A stretch of 52,534 nucleotides of DNA from a virus (taxonomy: Duplodnaviria > Caudoviricetes): positions 1-52,534 of the IMG/VR virus record IMGVR_UViG_3300034072_000552; one strand, written 5' to 3'. Below the pieces are notes generated by a model. It had not been told where the DNA came from. It did no database searches and worked only from the letters and a program-made list of their open reading frames with translations. Positions 1-9,205 of this stretch are shown piece by piece. Numbering within the stretch: position 1 is the stretch's first letter; each line of letters starts with the position of its first letter. The position numbers were made by a program, and so were the translations under genes.

Positions 1-197
1 TCAAACATATCTGGTTTGCTCGCCGGAGCTTGACGTCAGCTTCACATTCAAGGGCGAATGATATGTCTCAGTGGTCGCCTCAACAGGAAAAGGCTTTAGC
101 CCGCGTCAGTCGCTGGCTTCGGGACCCTGAAGACAAGCAGCTGTTTCGCCTCTTTGGGTATGCGGGAACCGGGAAGACGACGCTGGCCAAGCACCTC
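1..197. repeat. Terminal direct repeat / circular overlap, copy 1 (copy 2 at 52338-52534)
   Basis: 197-bp identity with the window end except T128 vs G52465 (CCT/CCG, synonymous Pro). It falls inside coding sequence, so it most likely marks assembly circularity. Confidence 0.95.
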
Positions 198-1328
198 GCC
201 CAAGACGTGAACGGCTCCGTCATCTTCGCGGCCTTCACCGGCAAAGCCGCCTCCGTTCTCCGGCGCAACGGCGCGAGCAACGCCAGAACCCTTCACAGCC
301 TGATTTACACGCCCAAGGAGCGATCCAAGGAGCGTTACCGGGAGCTGAAAGACGAGCTGGAAGAAGTTGAGCAGATGATTCACGAGGATCGTCTTGAAGC
401 TCAGGGCGATCCAACCTATAAGCCCCGGCGCGATTTGATGGAGCGCATTTCGAAGCTTCAAGACGCGATCCGCGTGGAGGAGCGTAACAATCAGCGACCC
501 GCCTTCAACCTCAACGAGGAAAGCGAGCTGCGGGACGCCAAACTGCTGGTTGTTGACGAGTGCTCTATGGTTGACGAGGAAATGGCGATGGACATTATGT
601 CCTTCAACAAGCCGGTTCTCGTTCTCGGCGATCCTGGGCAGTTGCCCCCGGTGAAGGGGACCGGGTATTTCACCGACGCCGAACCGGACGTAATGTTGAC
701 GGAAATCCACCGGCAGGCTCGCGACAATCCAATAGTGGAGCTTGCGACGAGGGTGCGCAACGGGGAGTGGCTACGCACCGGCGTGTACGGTGAATCAGCC
801 GTTATCGCTCGCGCCACTCCTGAGCTGGCGCTTGCCAGCGACCAAGTGCTGGTCGGTCGCAACCGTACCCGGATTTCCACGAACCATCGTATGCGGAGCC
901 TGAAGGGTTACTCTCACGCCGATTTCCCGTTGACCGGCGAGAAGCTTGTTTGTCTCCGTAATGACAAGGAACACGGCTTGCTCAATGGAACGCTTCATAT
1001 CAGCGCTTCCGATAGCGAGGAGATAGGCGGCTACGTCAATTTGCGAGTACGCCCGGAGGAGAGCCCAGAGGCCGAACCGCTGTTGATCCCGGCCCATCCA
1101 GAGCATTTCAACGGCGATCCTGATTCAATCGGCTATTGGGATCGGCGGAATGCTCAGGAGTTCACATTCGGGTACGCTCTGACTGTTCACAAGTCTCAGG
1201 GCTCCCAATGGGGGCGCGTTCTTATCATCAATGAGGCCGATGCCTTCCGGGATCGGGACACCGCTAAGAAGTGGTTGTACACCGCCATCACACGCGCTCA
1301 GGACGCTGTGACCGTTGTCGGCGGGTGA
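63..1328 (+). CDS. RecD/Dda-like SF1 helicase (exonuclease V alpha-like)
   Basis: Walker A GYAGTGKT, Walker B VVDECSM, GDPGQLPPV, C-terminal YALTVHKSQGSQW and LYTAITRA. ATG at 63 follows the stop of the upstream gene. Confidence 0.9.
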   Translation: MSQWSPQQEKALARVSRWLRDPEDKQLFRLFGYAGTGKTTLAKHLAQDVNGSVIFAAFTGKAASVLRRNGASNARTLHSLIYTPKERSKERYRELKDELEEVEQMIHEDRLEAQGDPTYKPRRDLMERISKLQDAIRVEERNNQRPAFNLNEESELRDAKLLVVDECSMVDEEMAMDIMSFNKPVLVLGDPGQLPPVKGTGYFTDAEPDVMLTEIHRQARDNPIVELATRVRNGEWLRTGVYGESAVIARATPELALASDQVLVGRNRTRISTNHRMRSLKGYSHADFPLTGEKLVCLRNDKEHGLLNGTLHISASDSEEIGGYVNLRVRPEESPEAEPLLIPAHPEHFNGDPDSIGYWDRRNAQEFTFGYALTVHKSQGSQWGRVLIINEADAFRDRDTAKKWLYTAITRAQDAVTVVGG

Positions 1329-1560
1329 ACAGCTAGACGCGGCTCACAAAGCCGCCGCCCGCGCCGCCGGGTTGTTATCCCTGATGATTGAAAAACGTCA
1401 GGTGAAACGAAGCGTTCTTGAAGAGACGCTTCAACTCCTTGATGCTTCAACGAGCACCATAAGGAGAGTGTTGACCCCCAATTCCAGCGGGAATAGGGTA
1501 GGGGTCTTGACCCCGGAGAACCCAGGAGACGAAAATGGGACCGAAGACCAGAGTGGGTGA
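1315..1560 (+). CDS. Hypothetical protein
   Basis: Fills the gap between helicase and RNR and overlaps both; start uncertain. Confidence 0.45.
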   Translation: MSAGEQLDAAHKAAARAAGLLSLMIEKRQVKRSVLEETLQLLDASTSTIRRVLTPNSSGNRVGVLTPENPGDENGTEDQSG

Positions 1561-3289
1561 TTATTTCCACTCAATGAAATACCGTGGTGATGGCGAAGAT
1601 TTTCGCGAGGCGGTCAACCGCTTCAGCAGCGCCATGAAAGACAACGACGAGCATTTTCACGCCTTCCGTGATATCGCGATGGACATGCGCTTTATGCCGG
1701 CAGGCCGCGTTCAATCGGCTATGGGTTCGATACGAGCCACAACCCCTTACAACTGCTATGTCTCGGGGACGATTGAAGACAGCTTCGTTCACGGCGAAGG
1801 CAACATCATGCAGCGCGCTACCGAAGCGGCGGCAACGATGCGGATGGGCGGCGGGATCGGCTACGATTTCAGCAAGCTGCGGCCCAAGGGGGCTCTGATC
1901 AGGAAGCTTCAATCTCATTCCTCCGGCCCGGTCTCCTTCATGGAGGTCTTCGACGCGATTTGCCGTTGCGTCGCCTCCTCTGGGCATCGCCGGGGGGCTC
2001 AAATGGGCGTGTTGCGGGTAGATCACCCGGACATTGAAGAATTTCTCCACGCCAAGCAGAATACGGACAAGCTGACCGGGTTCAATATTTCCATCGCCGT
2101 CACTGACGAGTTCATGGAAGCCGTCCGGGACGGTCGCACCTTCCATCTGCGTTGGGGCGGCGAGGTCTACAAGGAAGTGGACGCCCGCAACCTGTGGGAA
2201 GCCATTATGCGCTCGACATGGGACTGGGCTGAGCCCGGTGTCTTGTTTATCGATACGATCAACAAGATGAACAACCTCTACTATTGCGAGACGCTCGCGG
2301 CGACCAATCCTTGCGGCGAGCAGCCCCTGCCCCCGTTCGGCGCTTGCCTCCTGGGCTCATTCAATCTGGTGAAGTACATCGTCCCCAAGACGGTACGGGC
2401 GCTGGATCAGGCTTCCTGGGACTTCGATTGGGAGCAGCTGCGCGCTGATATCCCGCACGTTGTTCGCGCCATGGACAACGTTGTGGACCGCGCCCGTTAC
2501 CCACTCCCTCAGCAGGAACGCGAGGCCAAGGAAAAGCGTCGCATGGGTCTCGGCGTCACCGGTCTGGCGAATGCCGGCGAAGCCCTTGGGCATGTTTATG
2601 GCTCCCCGGCGTTCCTCGCTTGGACTGAGGAAGTGTTCAAGACTATTGCTGAGGAGAGCTACCGGGCTTCGGCCTTGCTCGCAGCTGAAAAGGGACCGTT
2701 CCCCCTTTTCGATCACCGTTATATGGACGCGGCTTTCATCAAGCAGCTCCCGGACGATGTTCAGGCCCTGATCGAACGTCACGGCATTCGCAACTCCCAT
2801 CTCACGTCTGAAGCCCCGACTGGTACCATCAGTCTTTGCGCCGACAACGTAAGCTCGGGCTGTGAACCGGTCTTCGACTACATCACAGCCCGACCGGTCA
2901 ACACGCCCGCAGGTCAGGAGCTTGTCGAAATCGAAGACTACGGCGTTGCCAATTTCGGCGTCTACGGTCGGCGCGCTTCCGAGGTCACGGCTCAAGAGCA
3001 TATCGCCGTCCTGACGACCGTTCAGCGGTGGGTTGATTCTGCCGTCTCTAAGACCTGTAACATGGACGGGTCGATGAGCTGGGACGATTTCAAGGGGCTC
3101 TACTGGTCGGCGTGGGAAGGCGGCGCGAAGGGTTGCACCACGTTCAACATCGACGGGAAGCGCATGGCCCTCCTCACCGGAAAGAGCGACAAGCCCAAGG
3201 AGGAGGACGGCGGCACCAACTCATACGCCGATCCGGTCCAGACCTCTTGTACAATAGACCCTGAATCAGGGCGGCGGGAATGCGCCTGA
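1535..3289 (+). CDS. nrdJ: Ribonucleotide reductase, class II (adenosylcobalamin-dependent) type
   Basis: PAGR, NCYV, GGGIG, RRGAQM, TNPCGEQPL (thiyl-radical Cys), APTGTIS, C-terminal Cys pair. No beta-subunit gene nearby. Confidence 0.85.
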   Translation: MGPKTRVGDYFHSMKYRGDGEDFREAVNRFSSAMKDNDEHFHAFRDIAMDMRFMPAGRVQSAMGSIRATTPYNCYVSGTIEDSFVHGEGNIMQRATEAAATMRMGGGIGYDFSKLRPKGALIRKLQSHSSGPVSFMEVFDAICRCVASSGHRRGAQMGVLRVDHPDIEEFLHAKQNTDKLTGFNISIAVTDEFMEAVRDGRTFHLRWGGEVYKEVDARNLWEAIMRSTWDWAEPGVLFIDTINKMNNLYYCETLAATNPCGEQPLPPFGACLLGSFNLVKYIVPKTVRALDQASWDFDWEQLRADIPHVVRAMDNVVDRARYPLPQQEREAKEKRRMGLGVTGLANAGEALGHVYGSPAFLAWTEEVFKTIAEESYRASALLAAEKGPFPLFDHRYMDAAFIKQLPDDVQALIERHGIRNSHLTSEAPTGTISLCADNVSSGCEPVFDYITARPVNTPAGQELVEIEDYGVANFGVYGRRASEVTAQEHIAVLTTVQRWVDSAVSKTCNMDGSMSWDDFKGLYWSAWEGGAKGCTTFNIDGKRMALLTGKSDKPKEEDGGTNSYADPVQTSCTIDPESGRRECA

Positions 3290-3299
3290 CGTAAAATTT

Positions 3300-3340
3300 T
3301 GGCCCGGGGCGAATTATTTTGCCCCGGGCCACTTTACTTA
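3300..3340 (+). terminator. Intrinsic terminator-like hairpin after RNR
   Basis: TGGCCCGGGGC-N10-GCCCCGGGCCA stem followed by CTTTACTT. Confidence 0.7.
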
Positions 3341-3405
3341 TGCGGCGATTTGTTTTAAGTTGTTCTTATCCCCGGTACAGACCGGCCTAGAAATGGAGCA
3401 ACAAA
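3333..3405 (+). promoter_or_regulatory. Sigma70-like early promoter with CGGGGATAA box (reverse) and conserved leader
   Basis: TTTACT-N17-TAAGTT, then TTATCCCCG (3366-3374) and AGAAATGGAGCA RBS. Closely matches the leader at 19264-19334. Confidence 0.7.
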
Positions 3406-4392
3406 ATGGTTAGCACTTTCGTAAAAGGTTCCACGACTTTCATCTGCTCTTGCTGTGGCCACAACACGCGTTGGACCGGCGAGCAGGGTACTGATTCCCG
3501 GACTTGCCCCGTATGTTGGGACCTTGCTGGCTTCGAAAATGCTGAACAAGACGATCAGATGACCGAAGCCTATATTGAAGAAGTCCGCAGCCAGTTCAAG
3601 TACCTCAAAGCCAATCGCACCCCTGAGCAGTACGCAAAGGCCCTCCGGTCTTTCGATCTCATCGCTCATTACGTCACCGAAGAAAAGGAGAACACAGAAA
3701 TGACACAGTTCGTAATCATCAACATCGCTGATCTCAAGGTAGACTTCGCCTCCACGCCGGTCGGCAACGAAGGCTTCATTTGCGCTCAGATCGGCGACGA
3801 AGCCGAAGCCCAGCAGCTCTCCGAACTCACCGGCCCGCAGATGGTCGCACTTTATAACACGACTGCAAAGGAGTTGGACACCGGCATCGCCGAAGTCACG
3901 CGCTTCGCCACGAAGGAAGCAGGTGTCAAGCGCCTTTGGGCAAACCTGACCGACCTGGCTGAAGCCCGCAAGGAGAGACTCAAGGAAGTCGTCAAGAAGT
4001 CGATTGTTGAAACCGACACCAAAAACAAGTCGCCTGTACCTCCTTCGTCCATCAAGAAAGCTTCCCCGATTGCCCCCCGTCGCGGCACCGGCATCAATCT
4101 CCCGGCGATGAAGAAGGCGTATCCCTGCCGCGCCGGTTCCAAGCAGGCTATTCTGGTCGATATGCTTTCCCGTCCTCAGGGTGCGACTATGGGTGAGCTC
4201 CTGGAAGCTCTTTCCGGCGGCAAGACCCCCTGGAAGGAAGTCAGCGTCAAGTCCGGTATGAACTGGGATATGAACAAGATTAAGGGCTACGGCATCCGCA
4301 CTGCTAAGCGCGGCGAGGAAGATTGCTATCACCTCGTGCTCCCCGCCGGTTTGTTGGCCCCGATCCCGCACACGGTAAAGACGGGGGCTTGA
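3406..4392 (+). CDS. Early protein: N-terminal Cys-rich Zn-finger-like region plus C-terminal DUF3489-like winged-helix; internal in-frame start at 3700
   Basis: CSCC..H / CPVC at the N-terminus. RAGSKQAILVDMLSRPQGATMGEL..W resembles DUF3489. Second RBS AGAAAAGGAGAAC before ATG 3700. Confidence 0.65.
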   Translation: MVSTFVKGSTTFICSCCGHNTRWTGEQGTDSRTCPVCWDLAGFENAEQDDQMTEAYIEEVRSQFKYLKANRTPEQYAKALRSFDLIAHYVTEEKENTEMTQFVIINIADLKVDFASTPVGNEGFICAQIGDEAEAQQLSELTGPQMVALYNTTAKELDTGIAEVTRFATKEAGVKRLWANLTDLAEARKERLKEVVKKSIVETDTKNKSPVPPSSIKKASPIAPRRGTGINLPAMKKAYPCRAGSKQAILVDMLSRPQGATMGELLEALSGGKTPWKEVSVKSGMNWDMNKIKGYGIRTAKRGEEDCYHLVLPAGLLAPIPHTVKTGA

Positions 4393-4579
4393 TGTCCCAT
4401 AGTCTGAAGCTTGCCCGGGGGCCTCTCCCGGGTTAGCCTAATTCACTGATGGGGCTTTCCCCGTCTCAAGCTTGACAGAAAGTTAGGAGGACGACATGTA
4501 AACGGCAGCTCAGCGCGAGCTTCTAAAGACTGACAAGAGAGTTTGGACCAGAGTGAAATCAATAACCCAGGAGGCCAGT

Positions 4580-4801
4580 ATGCTTCGCCGTTACACCCAC
4601 AGTTATTTCGTCATCTCCATTCTGAGCGTCGTCGCGTTCAGCTTGAGCCTGATTACCTTCAAGCCGACCGCTGAAACCGTCTTTCTCGCTGCCGCCGTCG
4701 CCTCCCTGATCACCGTCGCCCGTGCCTCCCCGGCCCCGGCCCGGTCGTTCCTGAAGCGTCTCCTTGCGCGCATTGATGAGCCGGTTCCGAGTACCATCTG
4801 A
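4580..4801 (+). CDS. Small membrane protein (2 predicted TM segments)
   Basis: AGGAGG RBS, ATG 4580, two hydrophobic stretches. Confidence 0.6.
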   Translation: MLRRYTHSYFVISILSVVAFSLSLITFKPTAETVFLAAAVASLITVARASPAPARSFLKRLLARIDEPVPSTI

Positions 4802-4877
4802 CTGACGCCTGAATGACGAAACCCAGCCCCCGGCTCCCTGAGTGCGGGGGCTGGGGCAGTAGAAAAGGAGCACCAGA

Positions 4878-5228
4878 ATGATCGAAGCCACTGAAGCCGA
4901 TATCGCCCGTTTTTTGAAGATGGTTGACAAGCTTCCTTGCGGTTGCTGGTTCTGGACCGGTGCCCGGTCTCGGGGTAAAGGGAACAAAAAATGGTATGGC
5001 ACTTTCTACGTCAACCGCAAAGTGGGTCGCGTCCGCGCTCACCGGTTCGCGTGTGAAGTGATCGGGAAAAAGGGACCCCTGCCCAGAGGGCACGACCGTG
5101 ACCACAATTGCTTTTTCAGCCTGTGCGTCAACCCGGATTGCCTTGAGTACGTCCCGAAGGAAATCAATCAGCAGCGCCGGATCGACCGGGCGCGCAGAGA
5201 AAAGGAGAACCAATCATGTGTGACTTGA
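4878..5228 (+). CDS. HNH-family endonuclease-like protein
   Basis: CWFWTG..YG.F..RAHRF..DHNC..CVNPDCL pattern typical of phage HNH proteins; AGAAAAGGAGCA RBS. Confidence 0.75.
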   Translation: MIEATEADIARFLKMVDKLPCGCWFWTGARSRGKGNKKWYGTFYVNRKVGRVRAHRFACEVIGKKGPLPRGHDRDHNCFFSLCVNPDCLEYVPKEINQQRRIDRARREKENQSCVT

Positions 5229-5428
5229 GAGCGGGAGACACCGTCACAGCCGTCGCCGGGACAACTTCAGCCTTGTGGGCTGAAGGACGGACAGGAGTGA
5301 TCGCTGAAGTCCGGGACCCGAAACCCTATTCCGGTAACGACTCAAAGAATTTGGTGCGTTGGGGTGATGAGACAATCCTGGTGGGTTTCCGCCCTGATGA
5401 AGTTGAGAAGGTTTATCACAATGCGTGA
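5216..5428 (+). CDS. Hypothetical protein (small SH3/KOW-like beta protein)
   Basis: AAGGAG RBS; GDTV...GRTGVI...VRW pattern. Confidence 0.6.
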   Translation: MCDLRAGDTVTAVAGTTSALWAEGRTGVIAEVRDPKPYSGNDSKNLVRWGDETILVGFRPDEVEKVYHNA

Positions 5429-6239
5429 CGTCATCATAGTAGGCGGGGGCCTCTTCGGCTCCATCGCCGGGGCGGCGCTCCGGGACGCAGGAATGGACGT
5501 GCTGATCATTGACGATGGTCGCCCTCGCTCCGGGTCCCGCGCCGCCGGTTGCCTCATGAAGCCGTCCTGGCTCCAGAAGATGGGCAAGGACAACGTGGAG
5601 CAGTCCTTCAGGCTCCTTGACAGGCTGTACGGCCTTCGCACCGTCTCGCTCAAGGCGGGGCCGGTTACGGTGGGGGCGGAATGGATCAACCCTGACGAGG
5701 TGCTAAATGGTCGCCTCGTTGAATGTTTTCCATATCGGGTCGCAAAGGTCTCTTCCTTTCCCGGAGGAAATCGGGTTCGTCTTAATCCAGACCTAAAACC
5801 GATTGACGCAAAACACGTCATCGTCGCATGCGGCGCGTGGACCCGTCAGCTCATTCACGGCGTCCCGGTCGTCGGCAAGGTTGGCTTGAGCCTGCGTCTC
5901 TTCAAGGAAGTGGAGGACAACCGGATATCTGTTTGGGCTCCGTACAAGCAGCTTGTTCGGTTCTCTCAGGATGGCTTCCATTGGGCCGGGGACGGCACTG
6001 CTATCCTTGAGAAGAATTGGGACGGTCTCCGGGAAGAGCAATCTACTAAGCGCATATCCGATTTCGCCGGTCAAGGTGGCGGTGAGGTTCGGGTCGGCAT
6101 ACGTCCCTTCGCCCAGACAAGCGATCCGGCGGCGCTGGAAGAGGTTGCCCCGGGGCTCTGGAGCCTGACGGGCGGCGGCAAGAATGGAACCGCAGCCGCC
6201 GGATGGGCTGCTGCTAAATTGTTGGAGAGACTGACGTGA
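5421..6239 (+). CDS. FAD-dependent oxidoreductase (DAO/glycine-oxidase-like) of the DNA hypermodification cluster
   Basis: N-terminal Rossmann DVIIVGGGLFG, SRAAGCL, VIVACGAW, GIRP, GGGKNG; adjacent to amino acid:DNA transferase. Confidence 0.8.
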   Translation: MRDVIIVGGGLFGSIAGAALRDAGMDVLIIDDGRPRSGSRAAGCLMKPSWLQKMGKDNVEQSFRLLDRLYGLRTVSLKAGPVTVGAEWINPDEVLNGRLVECFPYRVAKVSSFPGGNRVRLNPDLKPIDAKHVIVACGAWTRQLIHGVPVVGKVGLSLRLFKEVEDNRISVWAPYKQLVRFSQDGFHWAGDGTAILEKNWDGLREEQSTKRISDFAGQGGGEVRVGIRPFAQTSDPAALEEVAPGLWSLTGGGKNGTAAAGWAAAKLLERLT

Positions 6240-6466
6240 GCGAAAAGCACACGCGCATCCGCGTCAAGAGGACTGACGCAACCGGCTATTGGGGATATCT
6301 AGACTTTGGAGAGCTGACCCGGGAAGAAATGGTGAAGACGATCCGCGCCCGCGCTGATTGGCTTCGCAAGGAAGTCGCCGACATCGACGCGACCCGCGAC
6401 GAAGATTTTGAAGTGGACGTGGTGCGCGGTCGCTACGTTCAGAAACACATCAGGAGCGTACCATGA
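6236..6466 (+). CDS. Hypothetical protein
   Basis: Translationally coupled (GTGA / ATGA overlaps) within the modification cluster. Confidence 0.65.
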   Translation: MSEKHTRIRVKRTDATGYWGYLDFGELTREEMVKTIRARADWLRKEVADIDATRDEDFEVDVVRGRYVQKHIRSVP

Positions 6467-7260
6467 GGGACGTCAGTTTAGATAACCCTGTTGAGTGGGG
6501 CCGGCAGCTTATCACCACCAACGACCACGACCCGCTCTATGTCGGCCTGACGGAGTGGGACGTCAAGGGCTCGCGCCTCCGTCGCTTCATGCTTGCCTAC
6601 TGGTGTTGCTATTCGGTCGGCGCGAGCTGGTTTATCTCGCAGCAGTCGGGGTCCCGGTTCTGGGACACGCTCAAGACGGCGGCTGAGAACGTAGAGCCCG
6701 CTCCAATCGGGGGGCGTTGGCCCAGAGCACACGAGCGTCGGCACTGGCGGGGGTCGAAATGCGTGGACAGCGTCCTGTGGCTCCGTGAATCCTACCGCCA
6801 CCCGGAAGAAGCCGTTGTCAGCTTGGAGCGAGCCCGGCACCTCAGTGCTATGTCTGAGCTGATGGACTGGCCTCAGTTCGGCCCTTGGATCGCGTTCAAG
6901 GCCGCCGACATGTTAGAGCGCGTCTTGGGCGTCCCGGTTGAGTTTGAGGATAGCATCCTGACGATGTACAAGGACCCCAAAGAAGGCGCTGAGATGGCGG
7001 CTCCTCTTCTCGGGGTCTCTCATCCTCAAGAGGTTGCCGACCTGATGTGCCGCGCTTATCAGGATATATGGGCCCCGGGGATCGGCGGGGAAGCGGAACG
7101 CGCCTGTAACATCCAGGAGGTTGAGACGGTTTTGTGCAAATGGAAATCAGCCCGGAAGGGCCACTATTTCATCGGCAAGGACACTCAAGATCACCGCCGC
7201 GAGTTGACGGCTTGGGGAGCCCAAGACCTTCTCGCCGTTTACCCAACCGGCAAGGCTTGA
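6463..7260 (+). CDS. Amino acid:DNA transferase (aGPT-Pplase2 / ADDT-like, HhH-glycosylase fold)
   Basis: DHDPLY, ERRHWRG, FGPWIAFKAADMLERV and QEVETVLCKWKS motifs; genomic context. Confidence 0.75.
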   Translation: MRDVSLDNPVEWGRQLITTNDHDPLYVGLTEWDVKGSRLRRFMLAYWCCYSVGASWFISQQSGSRFWDTLKTAAENVEPAPIGGRWPRAHERRHWRGSKCVDSVLWLRESYRHPEEAVVSLERARHLSAMSELMDWPQFGPWIAFKAADMLERVLGVPVEFEDSILTMYKDPKEGAEMAAPLLGVSHPQEVADLMCRAYQDIWAPGIGGEAERACNIQEVETVLCKWKSARKGHYFIGKDTQDHRRELTAWGAQDLLAVYPTGKA

Positions 7261-7285
7261 CTGTTATCCCCGGCGGGGATAAGGT
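7257..7285 (+). promoter_or_regulatory. Promoter with palindromic TTATCCCCG-g-CGGGGATAA box
   Basis: TTGACT-N17-TAAGGT; the perfect 9-bp inverted repeat 7264-7282 fills the spacer. Confidence 0.75.
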
Positions 7286-7310
7286 CTGATTTCAGAAAAG
7301 GAGAACCAAC

Positions 7311-7919
7311 GTGATCATCAACATTCGTGGAACAAACGGGTCTGGTAAGACCCACCTTGCCCGTCAAATGATCGGCGACAATCCGAGCCCGGTTGATCTC
7401 AACAGCTACGACGCCCCGACCAAGAAGGACCCGCAGCGCCGCCTCCGGGTCGAAGGTTACGCTGGCAACGGCGTGGTGGCTATCGGGTCCTACCGTCAAG
7501 GCTGTGGCGGCATGGACACAATCCCGTCTTTCGCGATCCAACAGGGCGCTATACAATACGCTTTGGAACTGGGGTGTGCGGTTGAGCACGTCCTGTGCGA
7601 AGGGGTTCTGGCCTCCACCGTCGCCGGGAGCTGGCTTGAGTTCTTTCAGGACAAGAGCCGGATTCATCACGAGCAGGTCCTCATCGCCTATCTCGACACC
7701 CCGCTGGAGCTGTGCCTTGAGCGCATCCGGGCTCGCCAGATTGCGGCGAAGGGAGAGACCCGGGAAATCAAGGTCGATCTGGTGCGAGACAAGATCAAGG
7801 CGATCAACGCGACCCGTGCCAAGTTCGATGCTGCCGGCATCGACACCGTCAACCTGCGCCACGACCGGGCCTTTGAGGACCTCAAGGCTTACGTTGAGTT
7901 CAAGTCGGGGGAGGTGTGA
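7311..7919 (+). CDS. P-loop nucleotide kinase associated with thymidine hypermodification
   Basis: IINIRGTNGSGKT Walker A, GGMD, LCEG, LDTPLELCLERIRAR lid. Confidence 0.8.
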   Translation: MIINIRGTNGSGKTHLARQMIGDNPSPVDLNSYDAPTKKDPQRRLRVEGYAGNGVVAIGSYRQGCGGMDTIPSFAIQQGAIQYALELGCAVEHVLCEGVLASTVAGSWLEFFQDKSRIHHEQVLIAYLDTPLELCLERIRARQIAAKGETREIKVDLVRDKIKAINATRAKFDAAGIDTVNLRHDRAFEDLKAYVEFKSGEV

Positions 7920-8209
7920 TGTTCAAGGCCGAAGACTTCAGCGCCAAGACCAATTCACAGGTTGCCAAGATCATTTTGCCGCTTGGCGACAAAGTCATCA
8001 AAATGATCTGCGATCTGTCAGAAGACCAGACCGTTATCGAATTGGCTGCTGTATCAGAAATGAGCCCGCTGACCATTGCGGAACGTTTGTTTTGTTCTGC
8101 GACCGGGTACGCTTTGTCAACCCGCCCCGGAGTTACCCAGCCGGAAAAAGCGGGGCACGCAAGCTGCTTCATGACCGGCTTGGGTTACGAGGTAGAAATC
8201 CATGGCTGA
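7919..8209 (+). CDS. Hypothetical protein
   Basis: GGAGG RBS; coupled to both neighbours. Confidence 0.55.
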   Translation: MFKAEDFSAKTNSQVAKIILPLGDKVIKMICDLSEDQTVIELAAVSEMSPLTIAERLFCSATGYALSTRPGVTQPEKAGHASCFMTGLGYEVEIHG

Positions 8210-9179
8210 CCTCAACACAGAACCCCTCTGGAAATGGGTCAACGAGCGCCATGCGATCTATCTGCGCAAGGCGAAACGGGAGAACCCTGAAGCCTTCCTT
8301 CATCAACGCGACACCGGATTTGATCCATTTGGTTTGGGAGACCGACCTAGTGGAAGGTTGACTGAAGACGATATACTTGATGCGTTCCGCTTCTGTAACG
8401 TCTTCCGCGAGCTGGACCGGGTCACGAAGTGGATCAAGGAGCATATCCGGGAGCCCTACGCCGACCACCGGCACCTCTGGTTGATGCTCGCTATCGCCCG
8501 CTACATCAACTGGCCTGAGACGCTTCAATTTCTGAAGCAATCCGGCTACCCTTGGCCAGATTCATCGATCTTCAGCCCGTCAAATCTGGGACGGGCTCTT
8601 GATTGGTGGTCCAAGCAAGGCAAGAAGGTCTACACAGGCGCTTACATGATCCGCGCTGAAAGCAACCCGAAGGCGGAATGGTATAGCTGGACCAAGCAGC
8701 AGTACATCGCCCGGATTGTGATTGGGCGTCTGTGGGAGGATCGCCACGAGTGGGAAGCGATCCTTGAAGACCAACCGGAAGGCGGTCTGACCATGGAAGC
8801 CGTCTGGACCAGGTTCCAGCACCCCCGCTATATCGGTTGGGGACCGTTTATGGCCTATCAGGTCTGTGTTGATTTACGCCACACACATTACCTTCGTAAT
8901 GCGCCTGACATAAATACGTGGGCGGCGGTCGGCCCCGGCTCGCGGCGCGGCCTCAACCGTCTCGCTGGGCGTCCGGTCGATTTCAACCTGTCCCAGGAGC
9001 AGGGGCTGGACGAGATGCGGGCGATCTACGAAGCCCAGGACGCATACCGGGCTCCGTGGTTGCCCCGTGTCGATCTGAGCGACATTCAGAATTGTCTCTG
9101 CGAGACTGACAAATATCTCCGGGTAAAACTCGGGGAGGGAAGGCCCAGAGCGCAATATGTTCCGGGTCGCGGTTACTAA
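8202..9179 (+). CDS. aGPT-Pplase1 / 5-hmdU DNA kinase helical-domain family protein
   Basis: WVNERH, FRFCNVFRELDRVT, GPFMAYQVCVD, GPGSRRGL, DIQNCLCETDKY motifs. Confidence 0.8.
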   Translation: MADLNTEPLWKWVNERHAIYLRKAKRENPEAFLHQRDTGFDPFGLGDRPSGRLTEDDILDAFRFCNVFRELDRVTKWIKEHIREPYADHRHLWLMLAIARYINWPETLQFLKQSGYPWPDSSIFSPSNLGRALDWWSKQGKKVYTGAYMIRAESNPKAEWYSWTKQQYIARIVIGRLWEDRHEWEAILEDQPEGGLTMEAVWTRFQHPRYIGWGPFMAYQVCVDLRHTHYLRNAPDINTWAAVGPGSRRGLNRLAGRPVDFNLSQEQGLDEMRAIYEAQDAYRAPWLPRVDLSDIQNCLCETDKYLRVKLGEGRPRAQYVPGRGY

Positions 9180-9205
9180 AACAACAAGTCCAAGGAGGAC
9201 AATAA

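Noticed and set aside
4403-4480. tRNA gene
   Set aside because: Multibranch fold, but no TTC-containing T-loop, D-loop consensus or 7-nt anticodon loop.
4797-4860. Hammerhead ribozyme (CTGA...GAAAC) or terminator
   Set aside because: The core is CTGAATGA-C-GAAA with no stem II, so it does not fit CUGANGA; the following hairpin lacks a U-tract.
7393-8361. 322-aa alternative-frame + strand ORF
   Set aside because: Overlaps the kinase and two other coupled genes; Arg/Ser-rich composition typical of an off-frame reading.
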